From Methanothrix sp. (GTDB lineage: Archaea; Halobacteriota; Methanosarcinia; Methanotrichales; Methanotrichaceae), in NCBI GenBank assembly GCA_037128175.1, contig JBAXWY010000055.1, positions 1 through 15,808 on the forward strand: a DNA stretch of 15,808 nt, read 5' to 3'. A program made the position numbers and the translations under genes. A model generated the notes under the pieces. The model searched no databases, was not told the DNA's origin, and was given only the letters and a program-made list of their open reading frames with translations. This document shows positions 8,286 through 15,782 of this stretch, in pieces. Every line of letters begins with the position of its first letter. Position 1 is the first letter of the stretch.

Positions 8286-8421
8286 TCAAGATAACATTGT
8301 CCTAAAGCAGCTACTGGAAAGGAGCAGGAAACCGGGGCGAGGGCGGCGCTCGCCCAGGCCTTTCAGTATCTTCTCGACCTCTTCACGGCTCGATATTGGG
8401 GATTCCATAAAGCTCTGCTCT
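8286..8421 (-). pseudogene. Relic HTH-gene 3' end / NTase 5' end junction
   Basis: One frame gives RAELYGI (cf. RTDLYDI, QAELYEI); the overlapping frame from ATG 8408 gives MESPISSREEVEKILKGLGE (cf. MISRREEVNEVLEQLGQ), then similarity is lost; stop at 8286-8288. Confidence 0.6.
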
Positions 8422-8532
8422 TTAGATCCGCTTCAGTATCTCGTAGATTGCATCAATCAGATCAACATCATCTTTGTCTAGGCTTTCTCTTAGTATTCTG
8501 TTAATTTCTTCAAGCTTCTCTGAAGTGCTCAT
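8422..8532 (-). CDS. Possible 36-aa peptide coupled to HTH copy B
   Basis: ATGA overlap with the stop at 8529-8531, GAGGG upstream; MSTSEKLEEINRILRESLDKDDVDLIDAIYEILKRI*. Confidence 0.45.
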   Translation of the reverse strand: MSTSEKLEEINRILRESLDKDDVDLIDAIYEILKRI

Positions 8533-9437
8533 TTTCCCTCCCTTTGCGAAATTGTAAGCTTAATGTCTATTTCGTAAAGCTCCGCCTGCTCTTCTATCTC
8601 TTCCTGAGGGGGGTAGTCCTTGATATGCACTCCCCTCAGCACAGCTCTTATGCTCTTCATCATGGTATGCCGGGCATCTTTCAATTCATCTCGGTTCTTC
8701 AGGTAAAACAACACGCAAAAGAGCCTCTTACGGTAGTCTTCTGCGGAGTCCAGGGAATGAATGAAGACCTCCCCAATAGAAAGCTCCCTTTTGGGCAGGG
8801 TGTAGTAGTTGTCCCGCAGGCCCAGCTTGATCCCGAATTCTGCATAGGCGCTGAAGGATGTAGGCGTGGCGTCCTGCTGCCTGAGGCTTCTGAAGAGCAC
8901 GCTATTTTCATAGCTCTTGATGAGCAGGGCATCCCTGGGGACGAGGCGCAGCACCTGGAATTCCCGGAATGCAGTCACGAAATCCTTCAGCTCCGGCCAG
9001 ATGATGTAGTTGAAGGAGTAGAGGTAAGCTTTGCCCTGCATGGAGCGGCTGACGATGCCTAAGGAACGAAGGCCCTGCAGATAGTAGTAGACGGTATCGC
9101 TGGAGATGCCTGTCTCCTCAGCCAGTGCCTCCAGGCTCCTGGGGCTCTGGCCCAGCCGGGAGAGCAGCTCCATCCTCCGGCCAGAGAGGATCTCCGGCAG
9201 GGGAGAGGCGCGATGGGAGTAGTAGAGCCGCTTGAAGGCCTCCGCTGGGGGCGTGCCGGCCAGCAGGATCTCGCCTCCCGCCCGCTCCACCAGGCCAATA
9301 TCTTGCAGGCCGGTAATGATGCGGGAGATGGAGCCTTTCAAGAGGCCTAGCTCCTTCTGGAGGCAGCTGGGATGCACTGGCTCATGGGAGCTGGTGATTA
9401 GGATCAGGGTCCGGACTTCGTTCTCGCTCAGGCGCAT
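8529..9437 (-). CDS. Double winged-HTH regulator / putative antitoxin, copy B (paralog of 7363..8241)
   Basis: Collinear with copy A; shared blocks LAGTPPAEAFK.LY.SHRASPL, SFNYI.WPELKDFVT, LGLRDNYYTLPKRELSI.EVFIHSLDSA, LFCVLFYLKNRD. Confidence 0.85.
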   Translation of the reverse strand: MRLSENEVRTLILITSSHEPVHPSCLQKELGLLKGSISRIITGLQDIGLVERAGGEILLAGTPPAEAFKRLYYSHRASPLPEILSGRRMELLSRLGQSPRSLEALAEETGISSDTVYYYLQGLRSLGIVSRSMQGKAYLYSFNYIIWPELKDFVTAFREFQVLRLVPRDALLIKSYENSVLFRSLRQQDATPTSFSAYAEFGIKLGLRDNYYTLPKRELSIGEVFIHSLDSAEDYRKRLFCVLFYLKNRDELKDARHTMMKSIRAVLRGVHIKDYPPQEEIEEQAELYEIDIKLTISQREGK

Positions 9438-9681
9438 TATCTTAATAAAAGGTGAACTAAGTATATAGTATTATCTCTGCATTAAGACATTAGCCTTCAC
9501 CAAATACACCCACCGGCAAAAGCATCCGGTTGTGGAAGCGGGACGCGGGCGTCCTGCTGGCGGGGGATAGATCGTGCTTCATCTTGCGAGGCGTCATATG
9601 TTAATTGCGCTAAAATTCCGAGCAAAGCACTAAGTACTTATACAAAAATATGTCAGCAACGGGCATCTGGCGGTGCTGCAC

Positions 9682-11142
9682 ATGACTCACAAAAATAATG
9701 AAGAAACAAACAACGAGAGACTGCGGCAGACCGTATCTCGGCTATTCAATGACGACCTCATGATTGCTCTTGCAGGAATCCTTGCATCTACCGTTATTCT
9801 TCAGATGGTCTTTGAGTTCTCGGCGGGTATGCAGGCTGTTTTTGAGTACCTGAACTATTTCATAATAGCGGCATTCGTTGCTGAATATATCTTAAAGTTG
9901 TATGTGGCTAAATCAAGAGCTTCCTTTATCGCTGAGCCAATGCACATTTTTGATCTTATCATAATCCTCCTTGCATTATTCGACTTTTCAGGAATAGGAT
10001 ACGTTTCTTTTTTGCCAGATCAAGCTCAAATATCCCCTGTATTAAGATTACTTCGTGTACTGCCACGCATATTGCCTCGGGTGCTTTTGACATTCTTTCT
10101 CGCAGGCAGAACTGCTGAAAGGATTAAGGGTCCGAAAGAACCACCTCTTCCTCCACCAGAACTGCAAATCGCTAATCTCGATCTAAATGGCGGTATAAAT
10201 AGGGATTATTCGAGCATAAGAAGCCACTTGAAAATGTCAGATGGAACGCCGATTTGGATTGATTTTCAAAATATTACAGAATACAATTTTGGAACTATCG
10301 AAGATATCTCAAATATCCCTCACAATTTGCTGGAAACCAAGCTTTTGAAAGCATCCTTTCCGAGGATTGACCCATTAGAGAAATATTTGACAATGTTTTT
10401 ATGGGATTCCCAAATAAGGACTGATAGCATTGAACCCTTAGAAATTCTCACAAATAATATGCTCATAGTATTTGACGAAAAAAAGATAATTACTTTGAGT
10501 AGAGGAAAAAGCCAGATATTCGATAAAATCTCCAGTGTGTTATCAAATGAAATATCAAAAAAACCTTTCAAATATAATGAATTTACGGACAAAATCCTAT
10601 ATTCATTGCTTCAACAAAAATTGAAAGACTACAGCGATGTAGTTCAGAAGATCGAAGAAAAGACTAACGAATTTGAGCAAATCCCAGTAGACGAGACCTC
10701 CTCTAAATTTCTCGAAAAAACATTTTATTTTAAGAAAGAGATTCTAAAGGTAAATAGCAATCTTTGGCATTTCCAAAATGTCCTGCAAAAACTAACAGAA
10801 ATAAAAAATATAAAACAATTTAGGATAGATAATAGCGATGAATTTGACAATCTTTATGCTGAATCGGGATACTTATATAAGACCACTCAGAATATCAAAG
10901 AAAGTCTGGATTCTCTTATTGAATTGCATACTAATACTGTTTCTTATGATATGAACCGAGTCATGAAAGTGATTGCTGTTATTACCTGTCTTGCCGTTAT
11001 TCCTGCAACGGTCGGTGGCTTACTTGGAGTTAACCTGGTTGAAGGCAATTTTACAATAAAATTCATAGAAATATTTTTTATTATATTCTCCTCCATGCTC
11101 GTGGGTATTTATGCATTCTATAAGATGGAATGGCTGAAGTAG
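9682..11142 (+). CDS. CorA/ZntB-family divalent cation transporter with N-terminal ion-transport (voltage-sensor-like S1-S4) domain
   Basis: N-term FVAEYILK, HIFDLII, LRLLRVLPRILPR; CorA part WIDF...FPRID, MNRVMKVIAVIT..IPATVGGLLGVN, end FYKMEWLK. Confidence 0.88.
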   Translation: MTHKNNEETNNERLRQTVSRLFNDDLMIALAGILASTVILQMVFEFSAGMQAVFEYLNYFIIAAFVAEYILKLYVAKSRASFIAEPMHIFDLIIILLALFDFSGIGYVSFLPDQAQISPVLRLLRVLPRILPRVLLTFFLAGRTAERIKGPKEPPLPPPELQIANLDLNGGINRDYSSIRSHLKMSDGTPIWIDFQNITEYNFGTIEDISNIPHNLLETKLLKASFPRIDPLEKYLTMFLWDSQIRTDSIEPLEILTNNMLIVFDEKKIITLSRGKSQIFDKISSVLSNEISKKPFKYNEFTDKILYSLLQQKLKDYSDVVQKIEEKTNEFEQIPVDETSSKFLEKTFYFKKEILKVNSNLWHFQNVLQKLTEIKNIKQFRIDNSDEFDNLYAESGYLYKTTQNIKESLDSLIELHTNTVSYDMNRVMKVIAVITCLAVIPATVGGLLGVNLVEGNFTIKFIEIFFIIFSSMLVGIYAFYKMEWLK

Positions 11143-11184
11143 GATTCGGACCCGCGGATCATTGGTCAAGATCGACATGCATAG

Positions 11185-11230
11185 ATCCGGGCCCGGCTGC
11201 GAGAGAGGCGACGGGCTGCGTGGGACGAGG
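11185..11230 (+). repeat. Imperfect direct repeat, copy 1
   Basis: ATCCGGGCCCGGCTGCGAGAGAGGCGACGGGCTGCGTGGGACGAGG; 41 of 46 columns match copy 2. Confidence 0.85.
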
Positions 11231-11297
11231 AGCTGGAGATAAAGCAGATCTCCTTTCCCAAAGCGAGATAAAGAAGCAATATCCAAGGGACAATCAG

Positions 11298-12734
11298 ATG
11301 GACCACGTCTCAATCCTCCGCCTCATCGCCGAACTGCGCCGCCGCCATGGAGAGCTCGAGGGCGTGGAAGCCAAGGCCGCCCACACAGGCACCCCAGCCG
11401 ACCTCTTCAAGCCCCTTTCCGCTTTCGCCAACCGCGCAGGAGGCGGCATACTGCTCTTCGGCCTGGACGAGGACGCTGGCTTCAAGGCCGTGGGCGTGGG
11501 CAATCCCCGCAAGCTTCAGGAGGACCTCAGCGGCCTGGCCGCTCAGATGGAGCCGCCTCTTCGCCCCAGCTTCTCTGTGGAGGAGATCGAGGGAGGGACT
11601 ATTGTAGCCGTAGAAGTCCCAGAGGTCGCCTATGATCAGAAGCCCTGCTACCATCGCCCGCACCACCTCCAGGAAGGGTCCTTCATCCGCGTGGGGAACT
11701 CCACCCGGCGGATGAGCGATTACGAGATCTACAGCTTCATCAGCTCCCGCACCCAGCCGACGTTTGATGAGGAACCAGTCCTTCGGGCCACTCTGCAGGA
11801 CCTGGACAGAGCGAAGCTTGAGAAGTACATCGCGCGAAGAAAGGAGGCCCGTCCCAACGCCCCTTACTGGAATCTGCCTTTTGAGCAGATTTTGAAGCAA
11901 CTTCAGATCGTCGTTGAGGTCGAAGGTGTCCTGCATCCGACTCTTGCCGGAATGCTGATGTTCGGCGTTTATCCTCAGATCTTTGAACTGCAGCTCTTCA
12001 TAGCTTATCTGCAATTTTATGGCACCACGACGACCGAAGAGGCTCCATCTGGCGAGCGTTTCCTGGACAACCGCAAGTTTGAGGGGACATTAGATGAGAT
12101 GGTAGACGGCGCTGTGTCCTACGCGATGGCCAACATGAGGAGGGGCAGCCTTATCCGAGGCGTTACCAGGCAGGACATTTATGAGTACCCGGAGGTTGCC
12201 CTGCGGGAGGCCATAGTCAATGCCCTGGCCCACCGGGACTACAGCCATTTCGTGCGCGGTAGCCATATTCAGGTGCGGATGTTTGCCGATCGTCTTGAGG
12301 TCGAGAATCCTGGTGGCCTATATGGCAGAGTGACCATCGATAAATTGCAGGAAGGACAGTCTACCAGGAACCGGTTGCTCATGCATTTGATGGAAGATGT
12401 CCACCTGGTGGAGAACAGGGGCAGCGGCATAGATGCCATGCGGGATGCCATGCAAAAGAGGGGGCTGCCAGCGCCGTTCTTCGAGGATAAGAGGACGGCG
12501 TTTCTGGTGAGGTTCTATCAAAAAACCCCTGTTGAGGTGCCGCTCGCAGAAGAAGAGCAGAGGATCCTCGCCTATGTCAGGAAGCACGGGTCTATCCGGA
12601 GAGCTGATGCCCAGGAGTTGCTGGGCGCAAACGAGTCCCAGGCCAGATATCTGCTACAGAAGATGCAGAAGGCGGGACAACTGCGAAAAGAGGGGCGCTA
12701 CAGGGACACTCGCTATTTTCCTGGTTACCAATAA
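11298..12734 (+). CDS. Schlafen/AlbA_2 + HATPase_c_4 (RecG-C-like) + C-terminal wHTH protein
   Basis: GELEGVEAK and LSAFANRAGGGILLFG (AlbA_2); YPEVALREAIVNALAHRDY, ENPGG, ENRGSGI (HATPase_c_4); IRRADAQELLG...ARYLLQKM (HTH); start at ATG 11298 rather than 11130. Confidence 0.92.
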   Translation: MDHVSILRLIAELRRRHGELEGVEAKAAHTGTPADLFKPLSAFANRAGGGILLFGLDEDAGFKAVGVGNPRKLQEDLSGLAAQMEPPLRPSFSVEEIEGGTIVAVEVPEVAYDQKPCYHRPHHLQEGSFIRVGNSTRRMSDYEIYSFISSRTQPTFDEEPVLRATLQDLDRAKLEKYIARRKEARPNAPYWNLPFEQILKQLQIVVEVEGVLHPTLAGMLMFGVYPQIFELQLFIAYLQFYGTTTTEEAPSGERFLDNRKFEGTLDEMVDGAVSYAMANMRRGSLIRGVTRQDIYEYPEVALREAIVNALAHRDYSHFVRGSHIQVRMFADRLEVENPGGLYGRVTIDKLQEGQSTRNRLLMHLMEDVHLVENRGSGIDAMRDAMQKRGLPAPFFEDKRTAFLVRFYQKTPVEVPLAEEEQRILAYVRKHGSIRRADAQELLGANESQARYLLQKMQKAGQLRKEGRYRDTRYFPGYQ

Positions 12735-12765
12735 ATTACCAATAATTTATAGATTATTGGTAATT
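12725..12765. repeat. Perfect 13-bp inverted repeat (6-bp spacer) plus one extra direct half-site
   Basis: AATTACCAATAAT-TTATAG-ATTATTGGTAATT (12734-12765) preceded by TTACCAATAA (12725-12734). Confidence 0.8.
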
Positions 12766-12876
12766 CTTGGAACCTGGGCAAGTGCATCAAGCAGCTCCGG
12801 GCCGAGAGTCGTAAGTTCGGTGCCGCCCTTGTCGCCTACCACAGATATGGAGGGACCGGGGGGGGCGCTGGCGGAC

Positions 12877-12921
12877 ATCCGGGCCCGGCTGCGAAGCGGC
12901 GACAGGCTGCGCGGGGCGAGG
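12877..12921 (+). repeat. Imperfect direct repeat, copy 2
   Basis: ATCCGGGCCCGGCTGCGA-AGCGGCGACAGGCTGCGCGGGGCGAGG; first 18 nt identical to copy 1. Confidence 0.85.
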
Positions 12922-13009
12922 GCGGCGAAGGGCGGAGATCCGGCGGGCCTAGTCTTTCCAGACCGTTTGGCAGCCGCTCATTGAAGATACCGATCTTACC
13001 ATCGTTTCG

Positions 13010-13309
13010 TCACTTGAGCTGGAGATTACTTGCAACCCATTGCTCAGTAGCGGTCTTAGTCATCTCTCCCCAGCTTGAGAATCGAGTATGTTTCCTGAAA
13101 AAGTCCGCAGGGATTTTATCAAAATCGTTCATCGATTTGATATCAGCTTCACTTGCTTTGGCCATCTCGTCTATTGACCCAAAATTCGTGTACTTCATCA
13201 TGAAATTTTGCGGGAATAGATCATTCAATTGGACGCCTGCTTCTCCCTTTCGCTTTATCTCATCTGCTCTGCGCTTGAGATCATCAAACCCCTTTAAATC
13301 TACAGGCAT
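13010..13309 (-). CDS. Hypothetical protein (KGFDDLK...LFPQNFMMKYTNF.SIDEM...TRFSSWGEM)
   Basis: ATG 13309 follows GAGGTG and avoids overlap with the upstream gene; internal repeat YTNFGSIDEM / HTRFSSWGEM. Confidence 0.8.
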   Translation of the reverse strand: MPVDLKGFDDLKRRADEIKRKGEAGVQLNDLFPQNFMMKYTNFGSIDEMAKASEADIKSMNDFDKIPADFFRKHTRFSSWGEMTKTATEQWVASNLQLK

Positions 13310-13323
13310 AGTGCACCTCTCGA

Positions 13324-13590
13324 TTAGTTTATCCAGTATTTTTTCCATGGTATTCTGCGCGGGTTTATGTTAGCTAAAAACTTGGCAATATCATCTCTAC
13401 CATAGGTTTGGATGCGACCTGAGTTTTTTGCCATGAGAACTACCGGCATACCTTGAAATATCTGTATTCTGAGAGCTTGAATTAAGTTGTCAGCTTCATA
13501 TATGTTATCAATTACATGTTTTTTAACTAGAACTACTGCGAATGTAACACCTTGTTCTTTTATGACGGACCCTATTAATTCCAGTGTCAC
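13324..13590 (-). CDS. Hypothetical protein (GSVIKEQGVTFAVVLVK...PVVLMA...YGRDDIAKFL...IPWKKY)
   Basis: Strong AAGGAGGT upstream; start is GTG 13590 or CTG 13584; co-oriented with the next gene, 14-nt gap. Confidence 0.8.
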   Translation of the reverse strand: MTLELIGSVIKEQGVTFAVVLVKKHVIDNIYEADNLIQALRIQIFQGMPVVLMAKNSGRIQTYGRDDIAKFLANINPRRIPWKKYWIN

Positions 13591-13786
13591 ACCTCCTTAA
13601 GAATCAAGTCATAGTATCTTTGGTATAATATAAATCTTTGGCGCGGTGCGAAAGTGTTCGCAAATTTTGCCCTTGGGAAATATGCATTACATGTTTCATC
13701 TAGGTGAATTTCAAGCGCTAATATCGCTAACCAACAAACTATTTAGGGATGGCCACCGAATCCGATCTGATTTAAGGTGTAGGGAC

Positions 13787-15349
13787 ATGGCGAGAGGCAA
13801 AAGCAACAATAATTCAAAGAGCAATGGGGCTACCTTGGGCTTCGAGGCCACCCTCTGGGCAGCCGCCGATAAGCTCCGCAACAACATGGACGCCGCAGAG
13901 TACAAGCACGTCGTCCTGGGCCTCATATTCTTGAAATACATCTCCGATGCCTTTGAAGAGAGGCATGCCCAGCTCCTAAAAGAAGTAGACCAAGGCGCAG
14001 ATCCCGAGGACCGGGACGAATACAGAGCAGATAACATCTTCTGGGTGCCAAAGGAGGCCCGCTGGTCCTTCCTGCAGGCCAACGCCAAACAGGCCACCAT
14101 AGGCAAGTTCGTGGACGATGCCATGGTCGCCATCGAGAGAGATAACCGCTCACTCAAAGGCGTCCTGCCCAAAGACTACGCCCGGCCCGCACTGGATAAA
14201 CAGCAACTTGGAGAGTTGATAGATCTAATAGCAAACATCGGTCTGGGCGACGCAGAAAGCCGCTCCAAGGATATCCTGGGAAGGGTTTATGAGTACTTTC
14301 TGGGTCAGTTCGCATCTGCAGAAGGCAAGAAGGGCGGGCAGTTCTACACCCCTCGTTGTGTGGTTCAAGTTTTGGTTGAAATGCTGGCGCCCTACAAAGG
14401 CAGGATCTACGATCCTTGCTGTGGTTCAGGCGGAATGTTCGTCCAGAGCGAGAAATTCGTCAAGATCCATGGTGGGCACATTGGGGAAATAGCCATCTAC
14501 GGCCAAGAGTCCAACTCCACCACCTGGAAGCTGGCTAAGATGAACCTGGCCATCAGAGGTATCGATAACAACCTCGGCCCGGAGCACGCCGACAGCTTCC
14601 ATCGGGATCTGCACAAGGACCTGAGAGCAGATTACATCCTGGCCAATCCGCCCTTCAACAGCAGTGATTGGGGCGGGGAGCGTCTACGAGAGGATGTACG
14701 CTGGAAGTTCGGCGTGCCGCCAGCGGGCAACGCCAACTTCGCCTGGGTGCAACATTTCATCCATCATCTGGCTCCCTCGGGCATAGCAGGCTTCGTCCTG
14801 TCCAACGGCTCCATGTCTTCCAACCAATCAGGAGAGGGCGAGATTCGCCGGGCCATCATTGAGGCTGACCTGGTGGACTGCATGGTGGCCTTGCCGGGGC
14901 AGCTTTTTTACTCTACTATGATCCCGGCTTGTCTCTGGTTCCTGGCCAGGGACAAGAAGAATGGGAAGTTCAGAGACAGGCGGGACGAGACGCTGTTCAT
15001 CGATGTCCGGAAGATGGGTGTGCTCATCGACAGGGTGCATCGGGAGCTAACCCCAGAGGAGATTGCAAAGATTGCAGACACTTATCATGCCTGGCGTGGC
15101 GACGCAGAATCAGGAGATTACGAGGATGTGCTGGGATTCTGCAAGAGTGCTACCTCCGAGGAGATCAGGAAGAATGGCTATGTGCTCACACCCGGACGCT
15201 ACGTGGGAGCTGAAGTTCTTGAGGAGGATGATGAGCCGTTTGAGGAGAAGATGCAACGGCTCACAACAAAGCTGAAGAATCAGTTCTTGGAATCTGCAAG
15301 TCTGCAACGGGATATTCTTGAAAATCTTGAGGGGCTTAGATATGGCTGA
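13787..15349 (+). CDS. hsdM: Type I restriction-modification M subunit (m6A methyltransferase)
   Basis: [49 protein letters not shown]; AGGTG before ATG 13787. Confidence 0.97.
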   Translation: MARGKSNNNSKSNGATLGFEATLWAAADKLRNNMDAAEYKHVVLGLIFLKYISDAFEERHAQLLKEVDQGADPEDRDEYRADNIFWVPKEARWSFLQANAKQATIGKFVDDAMVAIERDNRSLKGVLPKDYARPALDKQQLGELIDLIANIGLGDAESRSKDILGRVYEYFLGQFASAEGKKGGQFYTPRCVVQVLVEMLAPYKGRIYDPCCGSGGMFVQSEKFVKIHGGHIGEIAIYGQESNSTTWKLAKMNLAIRGIDNNLGPEHADSFHRDLHKDLRADYILANPPFNSSDWGGERLREDVRWKFGVPPAGNANFAWVQHFIHHLAPSGIAGFVLSNGSMSSNQSGEGEIRRAIIEADLVDCMVALPGQLFYSTMIPACLWFLARDKKNGKFRDRRDETLFIDVRKMGVLIDRVHRELTPEEIAKIADTYHAWRGDAESGDYEDVLGFCKSATSEEIRKNGYVLTPGRYVGAEVLEEDDEPFEEKMQRLTTKLKNQFLESASLQRDILENLEGLRYG

Positions 15350-15782
15350 AAGCTCCTCCTGCGAATGGAAGGATTATTCCATTGATGAAATAAAGGCAGA
15401 TTCAAAAGGTGCGATTGCCATCGGCCCATTTGGGTCAAGAATGAAAAGCGATTGCTATGTAGAATCCGGAATTCCGGTCATAAGGGGTAATAGCATCTCC
15501 GGTACGAAAGAATTAACAGGAAATTTTGTATATATAACTAATAAACTGGCAGACGAGTTATCAATCTGTAACGTATTCAAAGGGGATTTAGTTTTTCCTC
15601 ATAGGGGCCTCATAGGTGAAGTTGGCATTATAACTGGAAACGATAAGCCTAGGTATGTTCTATCATCAAGCCTAATGAAACTGACATGTAATAAAAATAT
15701 CGTAGATCCATTATTTTTATTTTATTTTTTTAGGTCTCCTATTGGTAGACATGAGCGAGGATTCCTATTTACTGGCATTTAA
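15342..15782 (+). pseudogene. hsdS: Type I RM specificity subunit, N-terminal TRD fragment, truncated
   Basis: Overlaps the hsdM stop by 8 nt; EWKDYSIDEI, GPFGSRMK, GIPVIRG, GDLVF, VDPLFLFYFFRS; ends after 146 aa without the conserved region or second TRD. Confidence 0.85.

Noticed and set aside
9538-9557. Hairpin GCGGGACGC-GG-GCGTCCTGC
   Set aside because: Single copy with a 2-nt loop between divergent genes; no function can be supported
11130-11297. N-terminal extension of the Schlafen ORF
   Set aside because: Overlaps the CorA stop, crosses the direct repeat and is not domain-like; ATG 11298 fits the AlbA_2 start
11310-12014. 234-aa ORF antisense to the Schlafen gene
   Set aside because: Shadow ORF of a well-supported gene
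12858-12865. G8 tract as a phase-variation switch
   Set aside because: Not within a supported gene or promoter
13646-13786. N-terminal extension of hsdM
   Set aside because: HsdM similarity and RBS point to ATG 13787
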